Source of the DNA: a virus
Reading direction: 5' to 3' (one strand)
Virus record (IMG/VR): IMGVR_UViG_3300044843_000488
Coordinates: 10,308 to 74,307 of that record
DNA: 64,000 nucleotides
Both the position numbers and the translations under genes were made by a program. Position 1 is the stretch's first letter. Every line of letters begins with the position of its first letter. A model generated the notes under the pieces. It made no database searches, had not been told where the DNA came from, and saw only the letters and a list, made by a program, of their open reading frames with translations. Below are positions 55,481-64,000 of the stretch, piece by piece.

Positions 55481-56190
55481 CCCAAAGCCTCGGCTGTAAT
55501 AGGAAACTTAGCGCTAAAGATCTTTTTGATTTCTTCCGCCACCATTCGGTGTTCCGCTTGTGTATCAGGCTGCGCTCTGACCTGAATGTAATGAATAAAC
55601 GATCTCACCGAGCCAGCCATGTAGACCGTGGTAGGAGTGCACACAGGTAAGATCCGCCTCGCTGTCTCTTTGGCAATACCTTGCTCTAAGAGTTCTTCGT
55701 ATGCTTGATACGACTTGGCTATCACCTCGGCTGCCAAAGCCTGAGCTTCTTCCTGAGCTTGATCACTCAAGTCGTCGTAAGAGTTTTGACGGTTCTTTGT
55801 GTCTTGTCGTCTGAACTTGGGTATTTCAGCTCTTTCTGTCTTTGCATAGCGGCATGAAAACTGCTGGAAGGCAAAGCTCCTATGCCGGCAAATCTGTGCA
55901 GCTACGTCGAGAGTGGTCTCAATGCGGACACACATAAAGGCGAGCTCGAACGGACTCCAGTGCTTGTGCTCAATGAGATAGCGCAGCAGCTTGGGGCCTG
56001 TTTCCCAGTTCTCATCGTTCGCTTGGTTGGAGACTCGGGCGCACTTGACGATCAACCGCTCGGCTTCAGCGGTGGCATGAATGAGGGTTACTGGTCGGTC
56101 AAGAGCGACACCGCCATCCTCAGGGCACACTTTCAATCCAGGAAGAGTAGTCACTTGTGAGAAGGAAACAAAAGAATGGCAGTAAGGCAA
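55471..56190 (-). CDS. thyX: Flavin-dependent thymidylate synthase (start uncertain, probably further downstream)
   Basis: ARVS, HWSPFE, Q..RHRSF.FQQFS.RY, E.AR..LP, TQ.EHR. Confidence 0.93.
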   Translation of the reverse strand: MPYCHSFVSFSQVTTLPGLKVCPEDGGVALDRPVTLIHATAEAERLIVKCARVSNQANDENWETGPKLLRYLIEHKHWSPFELAFMCVRIETTLDVAAQICRHRSFAFQQFSCRYAKTERAEIPKFRRQDTKNRQNSYDDLSDQAQEEAQALAAEVIAKSYQAYEELLEQGIAKETARRILPVCTPTTVYMAGSVRSFIHYIQVRAQPDTQAEHRMVAEEIKKIFSAKFPITAEALGWS

Positions 56191-56224
56191 ATCATCACTG
56201 TTACGGCTAAGGCTGCTTCAGCCA

Positions 56225-56488
56225 TTACTCCTCCAAATCGCACCGGTAAGTGCCGTACTGAATCCCCTCCAGCTCGTCGGCGATGACGAGGAGGTCGTCA
56301 GTGTCAATAATAAATGGCCTTAGGTGCGCAAATTCCTCTGGCACGTTTGAATAACCGAGCTGATCCGCAGCAGCTCGCAAGGCGGCGGCAATTTGACGAC
56401 TCCGTGTTGTCGGATGATCACCCAAAACGATCGGGCAGGTCCAAGCTGCGTCAAAAACTGCCTGCGCAGCGGGGGAGAGGTCAGTCAT
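56225..56488 (-). CDS. Small 'LSPAAQAV' family protein (copy 2)
   Basis: MTDLSPAAQAV..ALRAAADQ..IADELE. Confidence 0.7.
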   Translation of the reverse strand: MTDLSPAAQAVFDAAWTCPIVLGDHPTTRSRQIAAALRAAADQLGYSNVPEEFAHLRPFIIDTDDLLVIADELEGIQYGTYRCDLEE

Positions 56489-56708
56489 GGGCTTCAAGCT
56501 CGGCGGCGATGGCGAGGAATTGCTCTCGAATTAAATCAGCCTTTTCGTACCAGCAATTTTCAATAATCTCGTGCTCAACCGGCACCACCTGATCAGCAGC
56601 AGCTCGCAGAACGGTGACGGCAATCTCCCGGGAGTAACACTCAGGGTTGATCTCGTACTGCATGGCAGCATCCAACACAGCCTGCGCGGCGGGGGAGAGG
56701 TCAGTCAT
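56481..56708 (-). CDS. Small 'LSPAAQAV' family protein (copy 1)
   Basis: MTDLSPAAQAV..LRAAADQ..IAAELE. Confidence 0.7.
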   Translation of the reverse strand: MTDLSPAAQAVLDAAMQYEINPECYSREIAVTVLRAAADQVVPVEHEIIENCWYEKADLIREQFLAIAAELEAHD

Positions 56709-57036
56709 CGAGTTGCTCCAGTGCGCGGCGGATCAGTGCGTGCTCATCAGCAGTGAGCAGTGTGATGGGGTTTGGGTAATCCGGCCCCGGTGCGTGCCTC
56801 AACGCTTCCAGCGCCTGCTCCTTCAAGCTCGGCGGCTTGGGGCGGCGATAGATACGCAGCGCTTCCGCGTCATCGCTAATCCATTGACAGCACGCCTCCA
56901 GTTCCTGGTCGGCGCCCCATTGGGCAGCAAGGCTGAATACTGCTTCATCCGAGCGCGAGGCCAACATGTCTGCCCACTGCTGCACCAGCTCCGGTGGTGG
57001 GGTGATCGGATGAGCTTGGTCTGTCTTGGTAGTCAT
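56701..57036 (-). CDS. Cyanophage-type hypothetical protein
   Basis: HPITPPPELVQQW, AAQWGADQELEACC, RRPKPPSLKEQAL. Confidence 0.7.
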   Translation of the reverse strand: MTTKTDQAHPITPPPELVQQWADMLASRSDEAVFSLAAQWGADQELEACCQWISDDAEALRIYRRPKPPSLKEQALEALRHAPGPDYPNPITLLTADEHALIRRALEQLDD

Positions 57037-57317
57037 CAGTCGAGGGGGCGGAGACGCATTTGCAGCACCGTCTGGTCGATCACGCTGCTGTTGTCAAATT
57101 TGACCGCGTAACTCGGATAGACTCCGTTTTGCTGCGCTTTCCAGGTCAGGCCTACAATCGTGCCGACACGCGGCTTACCGAATGTCGTAAGGGCTGATGC
57201 GTTCTGACGGCGGTAGACTCGTTGTCCGACCCGATAGAGGTGTCCGACAATGGCAACGTCTCTGCCTTCGTGGGGTTTAGACAGCGTTGATCGGCTGCCT
57301 TTTTCTTGTTGAGCCAC
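57036..57317 (-). CDS. Hypothetical SH3-like protein
   Basis: Y.VGQRV..GTIV..YAVKFD. Confidence 0.5.
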   Translation of the reverse strand: MAQQEKGSRSTLSKPHEGRDVAIVGHLYRVGQRVYRRQNASALTTFGKPRVGTIVGLTWKAQQNGVYPSYAVKFDNSSVIDQTVLQMRLRPLD

Positions 57318-57382
57318 TTTTTCTGATGCAGACGGAACAGGGGAGTTACGACTACGTAGACACCGGGGCGAATCGAGTTCGT

Positions 57383-57604
57383 CTAAGCGTCGGGTTTTTG
57401 AATGCTGGGGGTGGATTGACTGTGGAAGTCAAGGAGAGCAGCCCCCAACAGCCATTCCCGAGCACCCTTCAACCCGATCTTTCCCTGGAGGACACTGAAC
57501 ATCCCCGCATGGTCGCGTAGGTACTTGATCTGCAGCATGTCCGCTGCCGTCGCTGTTTGAGTCGCAGTAACAAGTTGAGAGAGGGTTATCGGCATAACGT
57601 TCAT
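57383..57604 (-). CDS. Hypothetical protein
   Basis: ORF overlapping the 3' part of 57429..57734. Confidence 0.45.
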   Translation of the reverse strand: MNVMPITLSQLVTATQTATAADMLQIKYLRDHAGMFSVLQGKIGLKGAREWLLGAALLDFHSQSTPSIQKPDA

Positions 57605-57734
57605 TTGCTCTTGCTAGAGCACTAACGACCTCGTCGGTATTGGTTTCATAGAAAAAAGCCATCTGCTCAATCGAGAACTGGTGCTGTTCCTCGATCATGT
57701 CGATGAGAAAAAAATCAGCGATGCGTCGGCTCAT
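57429..57734 (-). CDS. Hypothetical protein, HTH-like N-terminus
   Basis: Starts just after the exonuclease stop. Confidence 0.45.
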   Translation of the reverse strand: MSRRIADFFLIDMIEEQHQFSIEQMAFFYETNTDEVVSALARANERYADNPLSTCYCDSNSDGSGHAADQVPTRPCGDVQCPPGKDRVEGCSGMAVGGCSP

Positions 57735-57740
57735 TGCTAA

Positions 57741-58469
57741 CTATGCCACATGGTTGTTGGTCGGTAGAGCTATGTTCTGAGGTATTTTGTGCTTGTCGTG
57801 CCAGTCTTCCAGCTTTTCTAGGAAGTGACAATAGAGCTGGTTAATGTCGTTGCGGCGTAACTCATGCACTTGGCATACACGGTTTGGCATTGCCACCACA
57901 ATCAAGCCACGCTTTATACACAGCCCTTCACGTCTATACGTAAAGTTGGCAGCCTTTATGTAGGCGGCTACCTGCATCTCATAGCCATACAGCTTTGAGC
58001 CTTCAACGGGTTTGTTTGCTGTTTTGAAGTCAATTAGGCTCGGTTGATCTACGTCCTCCGCTGTGTACCCAATGCAGTCGCATGCGCCGGCATAATTGTC
58101 GCTGTTCCATATCGCCCCTTCTAACAAGAGAGGTTTTTGTATTTCTTCGAGAAATGGCCTCAGCGAGTTGTAAAAGGGTTGGTAGCTGAAGTGGAACTCT
58201 GGGTCTTTCCCCGTTAAAAGCTTGTGTTCGGCCGAGTCGTGAGTCCAGGTTCCGCGTGCCGAGGCTCTGTTCAGAATTTCAGTAGCACGTTGTTCGCCTT
58301 GCCACTTTCTCCAGCCTTCAAACTTGCTGTCATCTCGCAAAACCGTGGTCACACTTGGTTTGTACCCCAACGGTGTGGCATACACTCGATGCCCTTCGAC
58401 CGTTGTCCGTACCGCCTCGTATTTAGGCAGAACGGTTAACCGCTTGATTTCGCTAGCTATGTCTACCAT
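57741..58469 (-). CDS. PD-(D/E)XK exonuclease (Cas4/MGME1-like)
   Basis: PSVTTVL, RGT..H, E..YAG..D, LIDFKT, Q.AAY. Confidence 0.88.
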   Translation of the reverse strand: MVDIASEIKRLTVLPKYEAVRTTVEGHRVYATPLGYKPSVTTVLRDDSKFEGWRKWQGEQRATEILNRASARGTWTHDSAEHKLLTGKDPEFHFSYQPFYNSLRPFLEEIQKPLLLEGAIWNSDNYAGACDCIGYTAEDVDQPSLIDFKTANKPVEGSKLYGYEMQVAAYIKAANFTYRREGLCIKRGLIVVAMPNRVCQVHELRRNDINQLYCHFLEKLEDWHDKHKIPQNIALPTNNHVA

Positions 58470-59047
58470 TCCAGCCACCCTGTGGCCACGTACTTAGAGC
58501 CTTGCAGTGGCTGATTGCCCCGGTGCATGTGGGTGTAGCAGGCAGGAGCAAGAAGTACTCGCCCTTTCCTTGGCGCTACACGAATGGATTGGTATAAGAA
58601 TTCTGTTTCTCCACCTTCCTCAACATCGTTGAGATAAGCGATGTAGAACATGAACTTGTGCGCCGTTTCACGTGCTGCCTGCTCGCAATGCCAGACGTGA
58701 TACCCCTGCCCAGGCGTCGTTCTTTGCACTTTGACAGCGTTGAAATGCGCTGGTTGCATCCCAATAAAGCCGCCCATCTCGCATTTGTAGTGCTCATAAC
58801 ACTGCCCCACCGCATGCACTAAGTGCATGACATTTGATCCATCAGAGAATATCCAGTTCTCTTCTGGAGAGTTGTAGTCAATTGCGTCGTCGTCGATCAA
58901 CATGCCAGGTTTTACCTGAGCGCGTTTTCTGTTGAACGCCAACTGCATTTCGTAGTTCAGCTCAAAGTCTTTGATCAGGAGCTCACAGAGCTCAGGGGCT
59001 ACGACGTTGTCGTACACACCAATGAACTGATCAATGATGGCTTTCAT
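58463..59047 (-). CDS. 2OG-Fe(II) oxygenase (prolyl 4-hydroxylase-like)
   Basis: GYHVWHCE, YLNDVEEGGETEF, TH.HRGN.P, KY.ATGW. Confidence 0.9.
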   Translation of the reverse strand: MKAIIDQFIGVYDNVVAPELCELLIKDFELNYEMQLAFNRKRAQVKPGMLIDDDAIDYNSPEENWIFSDGSNVMHLVHAVGQCYEHYKCEMGGFIGMQPAHFNAVKVQRTTPGQGYHVWHCEQAARETAHKFMFYIAYLNDVEEGGETEFLYQSIRVAPRKGRVLLAPACYTHMHRGNQPLQGSKYVATGWLEW

Positions 59048-59060
59048 GACTGGAATGAAT

Positions 59061-59080
59061 AAGGGGGCCGAAGCCCCCCT
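59061..59080 (-). terminator. Hairpin with cUUCGg tetraloop
   Basis: GGGGGC-TTCG-GCCCCC-TT downstream of the SSB-like gene. Confidence 0.6.
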
Positions 59081-59095
59081 GTTTGGATTTGGATA

Positions 59096-59767
59096 TCAGG
59101 AGCCAGGCTTGGCGAACACTTCTTCACTAGGAGCGCTCATGCAATACGCACGGAGGTCGCAGTGGAAGTTTTCATAGGCATCCACGATTTCCTGAGCTGT
59201 CTCTTCGGGAGGGAGAGCAATCAGAGTGTGAACGGTGTCGTTCAGGGTTGAACCCTTGCGGGACCATTCAATGTCGTAACCGCGAGGATCGCCGTAGCGG
59301 GGGTTCTCGCAGAACTTTTCGAACTGTTCACGGATCGAGACCTGGGTGAAATTCCAGATCTGAAAACGGCTCTCGGCGTAGTTGTAAACAACCATCGCCA
59401 CGAAGGTCTTGAGGATGGGGCTACCGTCTTTGCGAACCTGGGCGGTCTCGGGAATTTCCTCTGCCGGTGGTTCGTCAAAGCCCTGCTCGTTCAGAGCTTC
59501 TGCGTCCCAGCGAATCACTGAGCGACGTTCGCCGTCAGGGCCGTCCTCGGTGTACCAGCATTCCCAACCCCAACGGCAAGGAGACATCACTCGGAATTCG
59601 ACCTTCTCACCGTTTTTGGGTACGGGGAGGTAATTGCCTGCGGATGCAGCACGCTCAAGAGCTGCTTGCTTTTCCTTCTCCAGTCGGGTCCGGAGAGCGG
59701 TCGGCAGGAAGCTTGAGCTGCTGACTGCTGCTTTGGTGGTTGTGCGGGGTTTTGTGGTGACAATCAT
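59096..59767 (-). CDS. Single-stranded DNA-binding protein-like
   Basis: FRV, GWE.W, F.A..VYNY..QI...TQ.SI, YD....RKG; adjacent to the exonuclease. Confidence 0.65.
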   Translation of the reverse strand: MIVTTKPRTTTKAAVSSSSFLPTALRTRLEKEKQAALERAASAGNYLPVPKNGEKVEFRVMSPCRWGWECWYTEDGPDGERRSVIRWDAEALNEQGFDEPPAEEIPETAQVRKDGSPILKTFVAMVVYNYAESRFQIWNFTQVSIREQFEKFCENPRYGDPRGYDIEWSRKGSTLNDTVHTLIALPPEETAQEIVDAYENFHCDLRAYCMSAPSEEVFAKPGS

Positions 59768-59948
59768 GGTGAATGGGGGCTGAAACAATGACACTGGTGA
59801 GAGCTTCCAACTGGCGTAGTAGGCGCTCAAGCATCTCTGAAGGGGAGAGGCCGGATCGCTCTGCTAGTCCAGATAGGAGCGTGAAGGAGTGATCCGTAAG
59901 CCAGACCGTCCTCCGTTGCTTCGCCTCCCCGTACTGCCTTGAGGGCAT
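59655..59948 (-). CDS. Ribbon-helix-helix-like DNA-binding protein
   Basis: K.RRTVWLTD....L...A...GLS.SE.LERL.R. Confidence 0.6.
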   Translation of the reverse strand: MPSRQYGEAKQRRTVWLTDHSFTLLSGLAERSGLSPSEMLERLLRQLEALTSVIVSAPIHHDCHHKTPHNHQSSSQQLKLPADRSPDPTGEGKASSS

Positions 59949-60013
59949 AGGGCGGATGCGAATGCCGCCATCTTAAAGGGGATGAAGCTGGCTGGCAACC
60001 CCGTTTGGATGCG

Positions 60014-60736
60014 TCAGTATTTCTTAAGGAGTTCGTCTGCCAGTTCGGGCACCGTGCGCCGGTACTCAAAGACCTTTCCGAGAAGCTTGGCCAGGTCGGT
60101 GAGTCGAGCTTGGAGGTCATCTGAGGACCAGGCCGCCTGCCCCACGATCACGTTGCGGAACTCGGCGCGGAGCTCCGTCTCTGTCGAGAACTTGTCCGCC
60201 ACCCTGTGGATGTCGTCAATTAGGTCCCACTTGTTGTGGACCATCATTCGGCGGATCAGGCGGCCGGCATTGTCACTGATGATCTTGGCCTGGTTCTCGT
60301 TGAAATCCACTGCGGCCAGGTCGATTGGGACAGGCAAGAGCCCTGTGAATACCTCGACCATGTAGCCCAGGGTTGCGGGTTGCCCGTCCGGATCCCGCAT
60401 GATCTCTGCCTTGTCAACCAGTGGAGCAAGCCCCCCAAAAGTGATGCCAGCCTTTCCTTTCTGGTATTGGTCGATGGCCCGCCACAGGTATTCGAGCGCG
60501 GCAAAACTCCGTGGCCCAGGGCTTTTGAGCCGTGCCGCTCGCAGGCCAGCAATCTGACTGCTGTGCAGGAAAGCCTTGTCTCCTGCGACTGCCTTGCAGA
60601 GGCCCACCAGGGTTGGGTGTGACCAGCCGTTGCCGTCCATGATCCGGCTGAACCAACGCGAAAAATCGATTGCGCCTTGGTCCATCGCCTCTTCCAGCTC
60701 AGATCTGTCTGGACGAGGAGGGGCGGTTTGAAGCAT
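60014..60736 (-). CDS. Hypothetical regulator (possible N-terminal HTH)
   Basis: 240-aa ORF divergent from the replication genes; GWSH..L..LHSSQI..LR. Confidence 0.5.
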   Translation of the reverse strand: MLQTAPPRPDRSELEEAMDQGAIDFSRWFSRIMDGNGWSHPTLVGLCKAVAGDKAFLHSSQIAGLRAARLKSPGPRSFAALEYLWRAIDQYQKGKAGITFGGLAPLVDKAEIMRDPDGQPATLGYMVEVFTGLLPVPIDLAAVDFNENQAKIISDNAGRLIRRMMVHNKWDLIDDIHRVADKFSTETELRAEFRNVIVGQAAWSSDDLQARLTDLAKLLGKVFEYRRTVPELADELLKKY

Positions 60737-60811
60737 TGATCCGCACCTTCAATCTTGGTCAGGACCGCACGCTAGCCCGTAACGGACGGTTTTGTAAGCC
60801 ATGCCGCACAT

Positions 60812-63460
60812 TTGAGACTCCATCCTGGACTGGACAGGCTCCGTACGATGACCTCGTATGGACGTCTATTTATGTTCGGGCCTAGCTTGGCGGCGATTGA
60901 GCAGTTGCGGCGGGAGATGCTTCCCCCCGACTGGAAGTGGGTGCTCGTGCGGGGCAAGGCCGCCTTTGGGGCGGGGACCTCGAAGGACCCTCTGTCCCCT
61001 GAAGAGGCTCTTTCCAAGTGGGAGGAGCTCACCCATCGGACTGGGATTGGTGTGGTTACAGGCGATGCCAGCAACGGGTTGATCGCTGTCGACATCGACG
61101 GTCCGTTGGCTGAGGAGGCTTTTAAAGAGCTGCTTGGCGAGCAGTGGCCTGGTGTCGAGGAGCCGGGAACGATGTCCTGGCGTGGCCGCCCGGGTCGTCG
61201 TCAGTTGGTGTACAAGGTCCCCGACAGCCTGCGCGGGCTGCTTTCCAGCTTTACCAAGGCCCAGATGGTCGAAGAGCTGAAGGGCACAGAAGAAGAGGTG
61301 TGTGTTCGATACAACGGCTGCTACTCCGTCATCCCCGGGTCCGAACACCCTGATACCAAACAGCCGTACGAGTGGATTTCGTACAACGACGGGAAGGTTG
61401 CTCCGGCTCCGGGGTGGCTGGTTAATTTCCTGATGGACCAGGCCGAACCAAAGGAGGTCCACAGTTTTCTGCCGGCTTCCTACCTGGAAAAAAGCGACGC
61501 GGCGACGGAATTCACCAACCGGCAGATGCGTCGTCACTTCTTCATGGAGGGCGGCCTGCTGGAGAAGCTCGTTTCTCACGAGACTGCCTTCGACCAGATC
61601 TTCTACTCAGAGGTGTGGGAGGAGGGTTTTCAGCCCCTCAAGCCGGAAGGTGGGAACAGCGATGTCCTCGTTGGTGGGTGCCCGTTTCACGACAGCAACA
61701 GTGGGAAGAGCTTTGCGCTGTGGCCCAACCTGAACTGGTACTGCCATAAGGAAGAGACGGGGGGCGACGCGCTGCAGCTTCTACATGCCCTTCGCACCAG
61801 GGACATCAACGTGGGCGATCCGGCTGGCGCAACCCTTGAGGGCTATCTGATCGAGATCGCGGGCGCTGTCGGCGTCAAGTACCCCGAGGACTTCCGCGAT
61901 GTCCAGAAGGTCCAGGAGGTCAAGAAGTACGACCCCATTGGCGGTCCTTCGTTCTTGGTGGCGGCCAACAACATCATCGAGCTGTTCCGGAACCCGGCGG
62001 AACAGCGGCTGGAGCTGATGCAGCTTGCCAGCGATTACGGCGTCCGGATGACGCCCGACGAGATCTTGTTGGCGTTGCAGGAAGACGTCGACTTCAAGAC
62101 CAGTGGCACCCCAGTGGGGCCGGAGGAGCGGAGAAAGCTCATCAAGGGTTCGGACTATCTGATTCCTGACCTGCTCAAGCGGCCCAACACGGTTCTGTTT
62201 CACGGCGATGGGGGTTGCGGCAAGTCGCTGGCTTGCCAGGTCATTGCCAAGCACGTTGGGCGTGGGCTGCCTTTCATGATTCGAGGCGAGCAGGTCCCGG
62301 TGCGCTCGGGCTTAGTGCTCTGGTGCAACGCTGATCAAAGCCCAGAGATCCTGGAGGAGCAGTTCGAGGACCAGGGCATCCACCGGGATTCATGGTTGCG
62401 GGTGTGGAACGGTTTCCGGATGAGCTACCGGAAGCGGTTGGTTGATGAGCTCAATCGCTACCAGCCGGCACTGGTGGTCATCGACTCCCTGAGCGCGAGT
62501 CAGCCCACCATTGACGGCAACAAGCAGATCGCCTCGTCCGGGCTGTATTGGTTGGAGAACAACAACGGGTTGCTTTGGCCGGCTACTTGCTTTCTGATCA
62601 TTCACCACAACAACAAACAGGGAGGTTTCCGGGGACACAGCTCCATTCGCGACGCCGTCTCTGAGACGTGGTCAATTCGAAAGCTGGATGACACGGAGGT
62701 TGAGAGCGACGAGTACGGCTCGGAGTCGTTCCGCAAGCGGGTCATCACCATCGGCAAGAGCCGTAACGGGCGTGAAGGCGACAAGCTCGTGACGACCCTC
62801 AACGAGGACTTCACCATGAATCTGGAGGACTACACCCCAGTCCGTAGGGTCCGGCAAGGCGGCTCTGTGCCCGTGATTGACAAGGTGCTTGGGCAGCTGC
62901 GGGAAGACACCGCTCAGGGCGTCCTGAGGACCCGTAAGGAGCTGGAAGCGCTGCTGATGCGGCCTATGGGAGATAAGGCTATAGAGAAGAGCCTCACCAG
63001 GCTTCGGAAACGTGGGTTGATTGAGTCTTTTGACGCTGAGCGCCAACACCGGGTGATGGGCAAGCGGGAGAAGGTTTACGCGGCGGTTACCGCAGTAAAC
63101 ACAAAACTTTCAGCTGCCTCGCGGGGAGATATCCATGAAAGTGTGTCTGATTTGCAAGAACCCGCTCCAGCACTGAGTTTCTCAAATCAGACAGCTAATC
63201 AGACAACCCTACCTGTCGGATTAGAAAACGTCCATCCGGCTACCAAACCCCATCCATCTACGGACGAGGTCGATCAGGTGCACCTATCGCTAATCAGACA
63301 GGACGAACCTGTCGGATTTGAAGATCCTAGTGAGGGCAATGGATTTGCCAAATCAGACAGTTCTGGCGAGAGAGTAGAGGAGCCGCCTGTTGAGGGGGAC
63401 CTAGACCTCTCCGCCTATGACCTGGAAGGTGAACCTCCGTCTTGGGAGGAATTGATTTGA
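60812..63460 (+). CDS. Primase-helicase: PrimPol + CHC2-like Zn finger + RecA-like (AAA_25) helicase
   Basis: GIGVVTG..IAVDID, SVIPGS.HP, CPFHD..WYC, HGDGGCGKS, VVIDSL, IIHH..K..RG.S; true start probably slightly downstream. Confidence 0.88.
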   Translation: MRLHPGLDRLRTMTSYGRLFMFGPSLAAIEQLRREMLPPDWKWVLVRGKAAFGAGTSKDPLSPEEALSKWEELTHRTGIGVVTGDASNGLIAVDIDGPLAEEAFKELLGEQWPGVEEPGTMSWRGRPGRRQLVYKVPDSLRGLLSSFTKAQMVEELKGTEEEVCVRYNGCYSVIPGSEHPDTKQPYEWISYNDGKVAPAPGWLVNFLMDQAEPKEVHSFLPASYLEKSDAATEFTNRQMRRHFFMEGGLLEKLVSHETAFDQIFYSEVWEEGFQPLKPEGGNSDVLVGGCPFHDSNSGKSFALWPNLNWYCHKEETGGDALQLLHALRTRDINVGDPAGATLEGYLIEIAGAVGVKYPEDFRDVQKVQEVKKYDPIGGPSFLVAANNIIELFRNPAEQRLELMQLASDYGVRMTPDEILLALQEDVDFKTSGTPVGPEERRKLIKGSDYLIPDLLKRPNTVLFHGDGGCGKSLACQVIAKHVGRGLPFMIRGEQVPVRSGLVLWCNADQSPEILEEQFEDQGIHRDSWLRVWNGFRMSYRKRLVDELNRYQPALVVIDSLSASQPTIDGNKQIASSGLYWLENNNGLLWPATCFLIIHHNNKQGGFRGHSSIRDAVSETWSIRKLDDTEVESDEYGSESFRKRVITIGKSRNGREGDKLVTTLNEDFTMNLEDYTPVRRVRQGGSVPVIDKVLGQLREDTAQGVLRTRKELEALLMRPMGDKAIEKSLTRLRKRGLIESFDAERQHRVMGKREKVYAAVTAVNTKLSAASRGDIHESVSDLQEPAPALSFSNQTANQTTLPVGLENVHPATKPHPSTDEVDQVHLSLIRQDEPVGFEDPSEGNGFAKSDSSGERVEEPPVEGDLDLSAYDLEGEPPSWEELI

Positions 63461-63508
63461 GGACCCTCCTGCGGTGAATGCGTTTTCCGCATAAGCCTTT
63501 GGTCCTGG

Positions 63509-63886
63509 TTGCTAATCCAACCGTGTTCGGATAGAGTTTCGCTGCGATGCTGCTTTTCTGCTGTAGTGACGGGCTGTTCAGAACCCGGCAGCTTTTTTGC
63601 CGAGACCGAAGGCGAGGGTGTGATTATTGCCCTGTGGTGCGATGAGACCGGAGAGATCACGTTGGCCCTGCTGGACGAGGTCCGTCCGATGGGTTCTTTT
63701 TTCTTACTGACCCCTTCGCTTCTCCATGAGCTTGCCGACAACTTTCAAGCTTGTGACCAGTGGATCCGAGCTCAAGGAGGTGGTACCTCTACTGGCCCAG
63801 GCGCGGATGCTTGCGGTCGACGTGGAGACGACAGGGCTCAACCCGATTGTCGATCAACTGCTACTTCTGCAGATTGGGCTGCCTGA
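63509..63886 (+). CDS. Hypothetical protein (boundaries uncertain)
   Basis: ORF between the helicase and polymerase; 3' part overlaps the polymerase. Confidence 0.35.
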   Translation: MLIQPCSDRVSLRCCFSAVVTGCSEPGSFFAETEGEGVIIALWCDETGEITLALLDEVRPMGSFFLLTPSLLHELADNFQACDQWIRAQGGGTSTGPGADACGRRGDDRAQPDCRSTATSADWAA

Positions 63887-64000
63887 CAGGGTTTATGTCT
63901 TTGATTGCCGTCAGCTAGGGCAGGAGCTGCGTCACCTGGCTCCTGTTCTGCGAGCCTCCCGGATTGTCAAACTCGGTCAGAACCTGGCGTTCGACTGGGG
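63726..64000 (+). CDS. DNA polymerase family A, N-terminal 3'-5' exonuclease domain (partial)
   Basis: Manual translation MSLPTTF..LAVDVETTGLNP..LLQI..KLGQNLAFDW (ExoI and ExoII motifs); runs off the window. Confidence 0.85.
   Translation, partial: MSLPTTFKLVTSGSELKEVVPLLAQARMLAVDVETTGLNPIVDQLLLLQIGLPDRVYVFDCRQLGQELRHLAPVLRASRIVKLGQNLAFDW

Overview
The window is a large part of a tailed dsDNA phage genome with a lambda-like siphovirus tail tip. The host is most likely a picocyanobacterium (Synechococcus/Cyanobium type), inferred from recalled cyanophage-type small genes, a picocyanobacterial-type thioredoxin, thyX and three 2OG-Fe(II) oxygenases. Layout: 0.1-2.2 kb lysis cassette (-); 2.2-7.2 kb oppositely oriented fibre/oxygenase/thioredoxin block (+); 7.2-32 kb fibres, tail tip (fused I-J, K, L, M), tape measure, frameshifted chaperone, tail tube and neck (-); 32-45 kb DUF2184 capsid, DUF2213 protease/scaffold, MuF, DUF1073 portal and terminase (-); 45-53 kb small early genes (-); 52.9-54 kb non-coding control region; 54-60.7 kb HNH, RusA, ThyX, exonuclease and SSB (-); 60.8-64 kb primase-helicase and the start of a family A DNA polymerase (+). 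I saw no integrase, CRISPR array, reverse transcriptase or photosynthesis gene. Most notable: (1) a second, apparent -1 programmed frameshift (A_AAA_AAG plus a possible pseudoknot) that would fuse a holin-like protein to an 80-aa start-less ORF; (2) head-region proteins built from (R/K)xD-delimited modules with a repeated Cys motif, possibly processed by the prohead protease; (3) a circularly permuted M23-like domain in the tape measure; (4) tRNA-like and other structured non-coding elements plus a repeated CTCTCACC leader motif in the early region. All family assignments come from motif recognition, not database searches.
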